Positions 35,960 through 44,376 of a stretch of DNA of 48,204 nucleotides are shown piece by piece. The stretch lies in contig JAKQBR010000178.1 of NCBI GenBank assembly GCA_029574005.1, forward strand, positions 1-48,204. The letters are read 5' to 3'. A model generated the notes under the pieces. That model ran no database searches and was not told where the DNA came from. It worked only from the letters and a program-made list of their open reading frames with translations. A program made the translations under genes and the position numbers. This DNA comes from Deltaproteobacteria bacterium (GTDB lineage Bacteria; Desulfobacterota; Desulfomonilia; UBA1062). Each line of letters opens with the position of its first letter. Within the stretch, counting starts at the first letter, position 1.

Positions 35960-37236
35960 TTCCAATCCTCCCGCGTGTTCATCTCGGTGACGGCGACCAA
36001 GAGCCCGTCCTTGATCTCAGGGTAGTAGTACTCGATCGGCACGCCGGGTATGATGCCGTCGTCCTCCAGGGCCTTGCGTTTATCGGCGTCCAACTGCACC
36101 ACGAACTCGTGGAAGAAAGGCCCCTTGAAGACCGGCTGGCGCCCGACCTGCTGGATGAGCTGCAGGATCTGGTGCGCGCCGGACACGCACTGGGCGGCCA
36201 CGGTTCTCAAGCCCCTGGGGCCCATTGCCGCGAGGTACAGGGCCGCGCGGATAGCGCATAAACCCTGATTGGTGCAGATATTGGACGTGGCCTTCTCGCG
36301 GCGGATATGCTGTTCGCGGGTCGCCAGCGTCAGGCAGAAGGCGGTTCTGCCCTGGCTGTCCTTTGTCAAACCGACCACCCGGCCGGGCATGCGCCGCAGG
36401 TGCTCCTTGGTCGTGCACATGAAGCCCAGCAGAGGGCCTCCGGCGTTGGGAGGGTTGCCGAATGACTGGGCCTCGCCCACCACGCAATCGGGGCCGTAAT
36501 CGCCCGGGCGTTTCAGGAGCCCGAGGCTGACCGCCTCGCTGACCACGACACCCCAGAAGGCCGTCTGCCGGGCGAAGCCGGCGATGCAGTCCATGGGCTC
36601 CAGGATGCCGAAGAAGTTCGGGTTCTGGATGAAGAGGGCGGCATCCTCGCCGCATGAGCGTTCCAGGGAAAAGCGCTCCACCTGTCCGGATGCCATGTCA
36701 AAAGGGATCTCCTGGAGCGTGACCCCGGTATTGGCCAGATAGGTCTTGAGCACCGACCGGAAGCGCGGATTGGTGGCCCGGGTGACCAGGACGCGTCTGA
36801 TCGGCTTGGCGCGTATGGCCATGAGGGCCGCCTCGGCCAGGGCCGTGGCCCCGTCGTAGAGAGAGGCGTTCGAGGCGTACATCCCGGTCAGGGCCGCCAT
36901 CATGGACTGGAACTCGAAGATGCTCTGCAGGACACCCTGGCTTACCTCCGGCTGGTACGGGGTGTACGAGGTGTAGAACTCCTGGCGGTCAGCCAAGGCA
37001 TCCACCAGCGCCGGTATGTGGTGGCGGTAGATGCCGCCGCCGGCAAAGCTGACGTGCGAGAACTGCCCCTGGGGTATGCGGCGGATGTTCTCTTCATCCA
37101 ACGGGCCGGGGATCTTGAGGCGCTGCGTTAGGCGCAGTTCGGGCGGGATCGAGGCGAAAAGCTCCTCCTCGTCCTGGATGCCGATCGTCTCAAGCATATG
37201 CCGACGATCGTCCTGGTCATGGGGGATAAAAGACAT
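35938..37236 (-). CDS. gcvPA: Glycine dehydrogenase (decarboxylating) subunit 1
   Basis: 432 aa. It begins MSFIPHDQDDRRHMLETIGI and contains YTPYQPEVSQGVLQSIFEFQ. The start overlaps the gcvH stop by 1 nt. Confidence 0.95.
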   Translation of the reverse strand: MSFIPHDQDDRRHMLETIGIQDEEELFASIPPELRLTQRLKIPGPLDEENIRRIPQGQFSHVSFAGGGIYRHHIPALVDALADRQEFYTSYTPYQPEVSQGVLQSIFEFQSMMAALTGMYASNASLYDGATALAEAALMAIRAKPIRRVLVTRATNPRFRSVLKTYLANTGVTLQEIPFDMASGQVERFSLERSCGEDAALFIQNPNFFGILEPMDCIAGFARQTAFWGVVVSEAVSLGLLKRPGDYGPDCVVGEAQSFGNPPNAGGPLLGFMCTTKEHLRRMPGRVVGLTKDSQGRTAFCLTLATREQHIRREKATSNICTNQGLCAIRAALYLAAMGPRGLRTVAAQCVSGAHQILQLIQQVGRQPVFKGPFFHEFVVQLDADKRKALEDDGIIPGVPIEYYYPEIKDGLLVAVTEMNTREDWKCLLENL

Positions 37237-37625
37237 CAGCGGGCCTCGGAGGCCACGAACCGTGCGTATGCCCCGGCGTCCATGAGCATATCGGTCTGGG
37301 CGGCGTCGTCCATGGCGAGCACGATCATCCAGGCCGCGCCATAGCAGTCCTGATTCACCAGTTCCGGTGACTTTTCAAGCTCGCTGTTCACCTCCACGAT
37401 GGTGCCGGCGACCGGGGCATAGAGATCAGATACCGCCTTGACGCTCTCCACGGTCCCGAACGACTCTCCGGCCTTCAGCCTGGTGCCGACGCCTTTGAGC
37501 TCCACGAAGACGATGTCTCCGAGTTCGCCCTGGGCGTAGTCCGTAATGCCGACCCGGAGGTTCGATCCCTCGATCCTGCCCCACTCATGGTCTTTCGTAA
37601 ACCTCAAGTCATCCGGTATGCTCAT
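37236..37625 (-). CDS. gcvH: Glycine cleavage system H protein
   Basis: I start at ATG 37625 (GAGGTG upstream); the track uses GTG 37652. Lipoyl-lysine motif GTVESVKAVSDLYAPVAG. Confidence 0.95.
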   Translation of the reverse strand: MSIPDDLRFTKDHEWGRIEGSNLRVGITDYAQGELGDIVFVELKGVGTRLKAGESFGTVESVKAVSDLYAPVAGTIVEVNSELEKSPELVNQDCYGAAWMIVLAMDDAAQTDMLMDAGAYARFVASEAR

Positions 37626-37652
37626 CCCACACCTCATTTCTTCAATCTTCAC

Positions 37653-38732
37653 TCAGCGCTTATGGACCCCGGGCGAGACGAAAGGCGGCCTTACCACCCG
37701 GGCCTTGACGGCCTTGGCGCGGATCTGGACCTCTACCTCATCGCCTGGGGCGATATCCGTTTCGAGATAGGCCAGGGCGATGCCGGTATGCAGCAGCGGC
37801 GAAATGCTGCCCGAGGTAATCCGACCGACGGTGCGGCCAGCCCTCTGGCAGAGAAAGCCCTCGCGCGGTATGCCCTTCTCGGTCATGACCAGGCCGGTGA
37901 GCCGGCGGTTCACCCCGGCGCGCTCTTTGTTTTCAAGCCCTGCTTTTCCCACGAAGTCGGGCTTGCTCCGGTCCACGGCATAACCGAGCCCGGCCTCGAT
38001 CGGCGTGGTGGTCTCGTCGATGTCGCTGCCGTGCAGGGGGTACCCCATCTCGAGCCGCAGGGTGTCGCGCGCGCCTAAGCCGCAGGGCGTGGCGCCCTGG
38101 CGCAGAAGGGCCCGCCACAGCGCGGGCGCCTGTTCAGGGGGCATGAAGATCTCCACGCCGTCCGAACCGGTATAGCCCGTGCGCGAGATCATGAGCTCTC
38201 CGAAAGGGGTCTGCTGCTCAAGGAAATGAAAGTACCCGAGCGGGTCGAGGTTCAAATCCAGGACCTGTTTGACGATGCCCACGCTCAAGGGGCCTTGCAG
38301 GGCCAGCATGACGGTTTGAAGGCTGCGGTCCTCGATCGAGGTCTGCCCGCGGATGTGCGACTCAAGCCAGGCACGGTCCTTGTCCGTGTTGGAGGCATTC
38401 ACGCACAGCATGTAGCGGGTCCCCGGATCGATGCAATAGACCAGCAGGTCGTCGATGATCCCGCCTTCATGGTTGAGCAGCAAGGCATACCTGGCCCGCC
38501 GGCGTTCGAGATCGGAGAGGGTGATGGTGAGCACGTGTTCGAGAAATGCCGTCGACCCGGGCCCGCTCACAAGGATCTCTCCCATGTGGCTGATGTCGAA
38601 GAGTCCCGCGCCTTGCCGTGTCGCCAGGTGTTCCTCCACGATGCCCGTATACCAGACCGGTAGTTCCCAACCGTGAAAATCAACGATCCGGGCGCGCAAA
38701 AGCACATGCTCATCGTATAACGGCGTTCTCAT
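37653..38732 (-). CDS. gcvT: Aminomethyltransferase (glycine cleavage T protein)
   Basis: 359 aa containing FHGWELPVWY, GLFDISHMGE and GYTGSDGVEIF. Confidence 0.95.
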   Translation of the reverse strand: MRTPLYDEHVLLRARIVDFHGWELPVWYTGIVEEHLATRQGAGLFDISHMGEILVSGPGSTAFLEHVLTITLSDLERRRARYALLLNHEGGIIDDLLVYCIDPGTRYMLCVNASNTDKDRAWLESHIRGQTSIEDRSLQTVMLALQGPLSVGIVKQVLDLNLDPLGYFHFLEQQTPFGELMISRTGYTGSDGVEIFMPPEQAPALWRALLRQGATPCGLGARDTLRLEMGYPLHGSDIDETTTPIEAGLGYAVDRSKPDFVGKAGLENKERAGVNRRLTGLVMTEKGIPREGFLCQRAGRTVGRITSGSISPLLHTGIALAYLETDIAPGDEVEVQIRAKAVKARVVRPPFVSPGVHKR

Positions 38733-38822
38733 CTGCCCAACTCCGGAACAATCGATGAAAATTCATACCCTACGCTATCAGGAACCAGGGCGTCTGGCAA
38801 GGCAATGTTACGGCCCTTCAGG

Positions 38823-39695
38823 TCATGAGGGGGGGGCCGTGATCGGTTGCTTTACGTGCCGTTGGGCCGCGGCCAAGGTGTTCTCGAGCAGCATGGCGCG
38901 CGTCATCGGTCCGACCCCGCCAGGCACCGGCGTGATCAGGCTGGCGCGCGCGGAGGCCTCGGTGTATTCGACATCGCCCTTGAGGCCCTGTCCGGTGCGG
39001 TTCATCCCCACGTCGATCACCACGGCGCCAGGCTTGATCCAGTGGCCCTTGATCATCTCGGCCTTGCCGATGGCCGCCACCACGATATCGGCCTGTCCGA
39101 TCTTGCGTTCAAGCTCGCGCGTGCGCGAGTGGCAGATCGTCACCGTGGCGTGCTCCATCATTAGGAGCAGCGCCATGGGTTTCCCCACGATATTGCTGCG
39201 TCCCACCACGACGGCATCCATGCCCTTGATCGGCACGTCGTATTCATGCAGCATGGCCATGACACCCGCGGGCGTGCAGGGAACCAGTGTGGGCTCTCCA
39301 GTCAAGAGCCGTCCCATATTGTAGGGATGGAAGCCGTCCACATCCTTGTCGGGAGAGATGGCCAGGAGGACCTCCTGCGCATTCAAATGCGCCGGCAGAG
39401 GCAGCTGCACCAGGATGCCGTCCACGGTTTTGTCGGCATTGAGCTTCTGGATGAGGGAAAGGAGTTCTGACTGCGTGATGCGCTCGTCCATGGTATGGTC
39501 GAACGATGCGATGCCGGACAAGGCGCAGTCGTTCTTCTTGTTGCGCACATAGATGGACGAGGCGGGGTCATTGCCGACCAGCACCACGGCCAAGCCGGGT
39601 GACCGGCCGTAGCGCTGCGCGAACGCCCTGGCCTCGTCGGCCACGGCCGCGCGCTTCTTTTCGGCCAGGGCTTTCCCATCGATGATTGTAGACAC
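38823..39695 (-). CDS. folD: Bifunctional methylene-THF dehydrogenase / methenyl-THF cyclohydrolase
   Basis: 290 aa containing [23 protein letters not shown] and [12 protein letters not shown]. Confidence 0.95.
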   Translation of the reverse strand: MSTIIDGKALAEKKRAAVADEARAFAQRYGRSPGLAVVLVGNDPASSIYVRNKKNDCALSGIASFDHTMDERITQSELLSLIQKLNADKTVDGILVQLPLPAHLNAQEVLLAISPDKDVDGFHPYNMGRLLTGEPTLVPCTPAGVMAMLHEYDVPIKGMDAVVVGRSNIVGKPMALLLMMEHATVTICHSRTRELERKIGQADIVVAAIGKAEMIKGHWIKPGAVVIDVGMNRTGQGLKGDVEYTEASARASLITPVPGGVGPMTRAMLLENTLAAAQRHVKQPITAPPS

Positions 39696-39731
39696 GATTT
39701 CCTCCTTATGTGTTCGGTCTGCTCTTTTTTC

Positions 39732-40793
39732 TTACGAACGGTAGATCCACTTCAGGGGCAAAGGATGGGCGTTTAAGGCCGATGACAGCGGCAGGATCAT
39801 TTCCTTGTCCACTACCAGCCAGCTGTAGTCGGGCCTGATCATCCTCAATTTCCCGTCCGCGGGCGGCAAGCCCCATTCGGTATGTTTGTAGGTGACGAAC
39901 ATGATAACGTCGTAGAAGTTATCCGACTCACCGAGCACATATCCCTGCCTGAAGGCCTCGACGCCGACCTTGTTCAACTCTATGACCTGCTGGGCGTATT
40001 CCTTGTCGAGCTGGATCACGGCATAGCGCGCCACGCCCTTTTCCGAATAGCGCGTCAGGGTGCGCGTCTCGGCGCTCGATACATAGACCGTGGACAGGCC
40101 CATGATCTGCTTGAGATACTGCGCGGCGATCAGCCCCGCGGTGCGCCTTCCGCCGATGGCCTGATGATGCCAGCCGTAATGTTCGAAGAGCTTTTCCTGC
40201 AGCGTGTCCGCATAGCGTTCTCCACGTTCGTAGAGGCTCTTGGAGATGAACCGCAGCTCCTTGGCCAGGCTTTCGGCCGCCTCGGCAATAGGCCAGTCGA
40301 TCTTGACATGAAAGTGCGTCAGGGCGTAGCGGTTGTGCTTCTTGTAACGGTCGTCACGCTGTATCAGGAGGGCGTAGTCCACGTCGAGCAGCTCCTCGAG
40401 AAGATCGAAGAAGGTATTGCGCTCGAAGAACTTGATGCCGGAATAGAACGGTTTATTGAGCCTGACGTTCGGGATGAGCGCCAGGGTGTCCTTGCGGATG
40501 CGGTTGTCGTCGCTGAAGCGGATGAACTTCTGATGTGACGGCTCGATGGATTCTTCGCAGAAGATGATGATGTAGGGACGCGCCACCGGAGATTCCTTCG
40601 AGAACTCCCGCTTCTTGGGGCGCATGTCGCTCGGATCGACATAGGGGTAGGGGATGCAGCCTTCCTTGCAGAGCCGGTAGGGTTTCTCAAAGGTTATGAT
40701 CTTCAGCCTGCGTTCCAGCTCATCCCGTAAGAATACGTAGAAGGAGCGCCTGACCATCTCAAGATAGCTGAGTTCGAATCTGGACTTTTTCAT
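39732..40793 (-). CDS. Hypothetical protein (353 aa), no recognisable domain
   Basis: The track gives 39732-40898, but the first 35 codons lie inside rnpB, so I start at ATG 40793 (MKKSRFELSYLEMV...). It is soluble, Lys/Glu/Tyr/Phe-rich and lower in GC than its neighbours. The long uninterrupted frame and codon bias support coding. Confidence 0.7.
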   Translation of the reverse strand: MKKSRFELSYLEMVRRSFYVFLRDELERRLKIITFEKPYRLCKEGCIPYPYVDPSDMRPKKREFSKESPVARPYIIIFCEESIEPSHQKFIRFSDDNRIRKDTLALIPNVRLNKPFYSGIKFFERNTFFDLLEELLDVDYALLIQRDDRYKKHNRYALTHFHVKIDWPIAEAAESLAKELRFISKSLYERGERYADTLQEKLFEHYGWHHQAIGGRRTAGLIAAQYLKQIMGLSTVYVSSAETRTLTRYSEKGVARYAVIQLDKEYAQQVIELNKVGVEAFRQGYVLGESDNFYDVIMFVTYKHTEWGLPPADGKLRMIRPDYSWLVVDKEMILPLSSALNAHPLPLKWIYRS

Positions 40794-40827
40794 GCCCCTT
40801 AAAAGCCGCCCTCCCGAATCGAATGCG

Positions 40828-41198
40828 GGCCGAAGCAGGCCGTAAGCCGGGTTCTGTCCCCGGAAAGGGTTACCCCGCTCCGGGTGATGATCATTCATCT
40901 AGGACATCAGTTGCCTGATGCCTCCAGCAACCTACCCAGGGGCGGGACGGGCCGTCCTTATAGCCCCTCTATTGGTCTTGCTCCGGGTGGGGTTTGCCGA
41001 GCTTCCCCGGTCACCCGGGGAACTGGTGAGCTCTTACCTCGCCGTTTCACCCTTACCCGCCCTGTAGGCGGGCGGTCTGTTTTCTGTGGCACTTTCCCTA
41101 GGGTCGCCCCCGGTCGCCGTTAGCGACCACCCTTGCCCTGTGGAGCCCGGACTTTCCTCTCGCGCCTTGTCCGCGCCAGCGATCATCTGTCCTGCTTC
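40828..41198 (-). ncRNA. rnpB: RNase P RNA, bacterial type A
   Basis: The reverse complement reads GAAGCAGGACAGATGATCGC...GAGAGGAAAGTCCGGGCTCCACAGGGCAAGGGTG...GGTAAGGGTGAAA...GGTAAGAGC.CACC...AAACCCCACCCGGAGCAAG.CCAA.TAG.GG...TAAGG.ACGGCCCGT...GGGTAGG.TGCT...CTAGATGAATGA...ACAGAACCCGGCTTA...CCTGCTTC. This matches the universally conserved blocks of E. coli M1 RNA. The 5' GAAGCAGG pairs with the 3' CCTGCTTC to form P1. The ends are approximate to within a few nt. Confidence 0.95.
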
Positions 41199-41235
41199 AA
41201 CCCAATGACTTCCTTAGCGCATGAGTATGTGATTA

Positions 41236-43581
41236 TCAAGCATATCTTTTCGGCCCGCCGCCGAGCCACGCCACGGCATAGGCCAGGGCGGCCAGCAGCA
41301 TGACCCGGCTGAAACCCCATTCCACGGCGGCGATGGCGGCCAGGGGGGCGCTTACCACGGACAGGCAGCCGTTGACGCCCCAGGCCCACGGGACATCACC
41401 GCGCGGCAGCCGGGCAAGGCCCAGGGGGAAGGGCATGCCCATGCAGAAGGCAAGCGGTGCGATCGCCAGCAGCAGGACGGCGATCCGGCCTCCCATTGGC
41501 AGCGCGCTGGTCAGCATGAGCAGATCGGCAAACCCCAGGGCATAGATCAGGATAAGGACCGCGACCATGGCGGGCAGGCAGCGGTGAGCTCCGGGTGCCA
41601 TGCCGGAGGCCAGGCTCCCGCAGCCGGAAAAAGAGAGCATACCGCCGATGACAAGAGCGGCCGCGTACACGGGCGTGCCCAGATACACCAGCGCATGCTG
41701 GATCATGGCGATCTCCAGGAAAAGGAAACCCGCCCCAAGGCCGCCGAAATAGAGCAGGGTGGACAGGGGGCGAGAGGGCCTGTCCCTCATCATCAACGGC
41801 GGGAGAATCAGGACAACGGCCAGCAAGCCCACCAGCAGAGCGGTAATGATCAGGATCAGGTATCCCAGTTCAAAAAACGGGACCGCGCGCCGTCCGTAGA
41901 GATCCCTCAGTCGCGACAGCCCACGCACGGTCAGGAATTGCGAGAAATAGGGCCTGTCATCCGTGGCGGGGCGGATATTGAAATCATAGGCCACATCCGC
42001 GCCCCGCGTGGAGATAAGTCGGGCCGCTGTCAGGGACCAGCCTTCCTGCGCCGGCGAGGAGACGCGGTTCCCCATACCCGCTGACCTGGGCGGGATGAGC
42101 GGATCAAAGGCAAGGCCGTGGCAGAACTCGGAAAGATTGATGATATCCGCGTCCGTGATGGACGAGCGTTTGACCAGCATGGTGAAGGTCCCCCAGCTCT
42201 TGAGTGCCATGATATGCGTGCCCGGGTCCACGCCGAGGCTGCCCAAGGCGGTGCTGGCGGTGGCTATTAACTTGAGGCTCGCGCGCGGCGGCGTGTCCAG
42301 CCAGCACGAAACGCTCAACATGCCGCCCGGTTCGAGGCGTCGCCACATCTGTGCAAAGGCCTCGACCGTCAGGAGATGGTTCTCAGCCAAGGCATGGATG
42401 CCGGATGATCCTCCCATGGTGTTGGCCATGGGCAGGACGATCAGATCGTAACGGGCGCACTCACGCCTGAGGAAGGCGCGCGCGCCGAGCGGGTACACCC
42501 GCAGGCGGTGGTCAGGGTCACCGCTCAAGCGCCGGAGCATATGGGCCGCCCCGGGATGCGACTCCACGGCCGTGACATCACGCGCGTGGATCAGTCCCTG
42601 AACGACCTCCGCTCCGGTTCCGGCATCCAGAACCAGCACCGTTGCGGGACGTGTGAGGCGGTAGGCCGCGGCGCCGGTGGTATAATCAAGGATGGAGTGC
42701 CGCAGGGCGGGGTTCCACGATACCAGCGGGCCGAACCAGTCGCCGTTCTTGTAGACCATCGGATAAACCGGCAGATCGCCCTCAAGGCTCAGGCTAACAC
42801 CCGGCGCGTACCGTAGCGCACGGGACGTGACGATCTGTAGATACCCCATGGGAGACGTGAGACCGCCGGCGATCGCGGCATCGGGCAGATCCAGTGCGCG
42901 CTCGATATCCTTGAACTCGGAAGGCTCAAGCCTGGGCGGGTGCAAGGCCAGCCACACCGCCAGGCAGACCGGCAGACAGACCGCCAGACGGCCGATCGGG
43001 TGCGTGATGATGAGTATGCCGGCCAGCAGGGGCATGAGGGCGATTATGGCGGGGATCGACTCTGGAGAGAACCGCTGCATCAGGATGACGGCCAGGGCGG
43101 CGCCCATACCGGAGCCGATCAGATTGGCGCAATAGAGATCTTTGATATCGGAAACGAACCTGGCGAACACCAGGCCGACGGCCAGGGCGGCGAGAAAAAA
43201 GGGGATGAAGTAGCACCCGCAGACGGCCGCCAGGCGGTAGCTGTGCCCGGGTTCGGCAAAGAGCAGGTAGGAGTCGAAACGGATCGGGCCGCTCTGGGCC
43301 GCCTGGACCGCCAGGGCCATGGCAAGGCCGGAGGAGACCATGAGGACGGGGAGCACACGTTCGTAGCCGGAGAGCAGACAGCGGCGCAAGAGGGCGATGC
43401 AGGTCCCGGAGGCGCCGAAGCCCAGGAGGGCGATGGCGATGATCGTGGCCGCGAAGTGGTGCCATTGGACAATGGACAGGATCTGCATCAGGCTGACCTG
43501 ATAAGCGATCACGGCCGCACTGACCAGTGCGACAGCCACGAAGAGGCGCAGCGGTTGCGCCGGCGCGGGGCTGAGGATCAT
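41236..43581 (-). CDS. Polytopic membrane protein with central spermidine-synthase-like (SAM-MTase fold) domain
   Basis: 781 aa. Multiple hydrophobic spans lie at both ends, with a central soluble block ATVLVLDAGTGAEVVQGL...YDLIVLPMAN...LEPGGMLSV typical of aminopropyl/methyltransferase folds. The ATG overlaps the pcm stop (ATGA, 43578-43581). Confidence 0.7.
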   Translation of the reverse strand: MILSPAPAQPLRLFVAVALVSAAVIAYQVSLMQILSIVQWHHFAATIIAIALLGFGASGTCIALLRRCLLSGYERVLPVLMVSSGLAMALAVQAAQSGPIRFDSYLLFAEPGHSYRLAAVCGCYFIPFFLAALAVGLVFARFVSDIKDLYCANLIGSGMGAALAVILMQRFSPESIPAIIALMPLLAGILIITHPIGRLAVCLPVCLAVWLALHPPRLEPSEFKDIERALDLPDAAIAGGLTSPMGYLQIVTSRALRYAPGVSLSLEGDLPVYPMVYKNGDWFGPLVSWNPALRHSILDYTTGAAAYRLTRPATVLVLDAGTGAEVVQGLIHARDVTAVESHPGAAHMLRRLSGDPDHRLRVYPLGARAFLRRECARYDLIVLPMANTMGGSSGIHALAENHLLTVEAFAQMWRRLEPGGMLSVSCWLDTPPRASLKLIATASTALGSLGVDPGTHIMALKSWGTFTMLVKRSSITDADIINLSEFCHGLAFDPLIPPRSAGMGNRVSSPAQEGWSLTAARLISTRGADVAYDFNIRPATDDRPYFSQFLTVRGLSRLRDLYGRRAVPFFELGYLILIITALLVGLLAVVLILPPLMMRDRPSRPLSTLLYFGGLGAGFLFLEIAMIQHALVYLGTPVYAAALVIGGMLSFSGCGSLASGMAPGAHRCLPAMVAVLILIYALGFADLLMLTSALPMGGRIAVLLLAIAPLAFCMGMPFPLGLARLPRGDVPWAWGVNGCLSVVSAPLAAIAAVEWGFSRVMLLAALAYAVAWLGGGPKRYA

Positions 43582-44264
43582 GGCCCCCGGCGCAAAGGCA
43601 CGAAGCGCACCGGCAGGATGTCGCGGGTATAAACCGTTGAATTCTGTTTTTCCACCAGCATGAGCTTCTGCACCATGAAGGGCGAGCCCACGGGTATGAC
43701 CATGCGGCCGCCATCCTTGAGCTGCCTGATCAGCGGAGGAGGGATATACTCCGCCGCCGCGGTGACGATGATGGCGTCGTAGGGGGCGTATGCCTCCCAG
43801 CCGTAATAGCCGTCGGCGATCTTTACCCGCACGGTGTTGTATCCGAGGGCGCGCAGGCGCTTACCCGCCGCAAGCCCCAATGCCTCGATGATCTCGACCG
43901 AATAGACCTCGGGGGTGACGCAGGCCAGGATGGCGGCCTGATAGCCGCTCCCGGTGCCGATCTCCAACACCTTTGCCCCGGGCTTGATCTTCAGGATCTC
44001 GGTCATGAATGCCACGATAAAGGGCTGCGAGATGGTCTGTCCATAGCCGATCGGCAGAGGCCGGTCGTCATAGGCACTGGATGCGAGGGCCTGGGGCACG
44101 AAGAGGTGGCGCTTGACCGAGCGCATGGCATCGACCACGGATGGATCCTTGATCCCCTGGCCGACGATCTGTGCGTTCACCATGGCCTCGCGCTCCCGCA
44201 CGAATGGATCGCCGGGCGCGGCGAACAGCATCAGGCAGGCAATGATGCCGAGGACTCCGGACAT
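43578..44264 (-). CDS. pcm: Protein-L-isoaspartate O-methyltransferase with N-terminal signal/lipobox-like segment
   Basis: 228 aa containing GYGQTISQPFIVAFMTE and VLEIGTGSGYQAAILA. The N-terminus MSGVLGIIACLMLFAAPG is hydrophobic and has an IIAC lipobox-like tetrad. Confidence 0.9.
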   Translation of the reverse strand: MSGVLGIIACLMLFAAPGDPFVREREAMVNAQIVGQGIKDPSVVDAMRSVKRHLFVPQALASSAYDDRPLPIGYGQTISQPFIVAFMTEILKIKPGAKVLEIGTGSGYQAAILACVTPEVYSVEIIEALGLAAGKRLRALGYNTVRVKIADGYYGWEAYAPYDAIIVTAAAEYIPPPLIRQLKDGGRMVIPVGSPFMVQKLMLVEKQNSTVYTRDILPVRFVPLRRGP

Positions 44265-44308
44265 ACCTGAATAATATAAAGATCAAAACGCGGATGGGAA
44301 TACCTCGC

Positions 44309-44359
44309 CCTCTCCGCGGGCCTTGGGGGCGATGATCGCCCCCAAGGCCCGCGGAGAGG
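44309..44359. repeat. Perfect 25-bp-arm inverted repeat (51 nt) downstream of UPF0182 gene
   Basis: CCTCTCCGCGGGCCTTGGGGGCGAT-G-ATCGCCCCCAAGGCCCGCGGAGAGG, verified base by base. It starts 18 nt after the UPF0182 stop (minus strand). No U-tract follows on either strand. Confidence 0.9.
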
Positions 44360-44376
44360 CGCGACGGAGGTCTTCT

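Noticed and set aside
38733-38822. Glycine riboswitch upstream of gcvT
   Set aside because: Only 90 nt are available, and I could not find the conserved aptamer elements (for example GGAGAG...CACCG...CTCTGG-type blocks) on the minus strand. A covariance-model scan would settle it.
38829-38836. G8 (C8 on the coding strand) homopolymer at the folD 3' end
   Set aside because: It encodes the terminal Pro-Pro of folD (…ITAPPS). Slippage would change only the last three residues, so it is unlikely to be regulatory.
40794-41123. N-terminal 35-codon extension of the 388-aa ORF, and the 79-aa plus-strand ORF 40884-41123
   Set aside because: Both lie inside the RNase P RNA gene. The conserved rnpB blocks explain the sequence.
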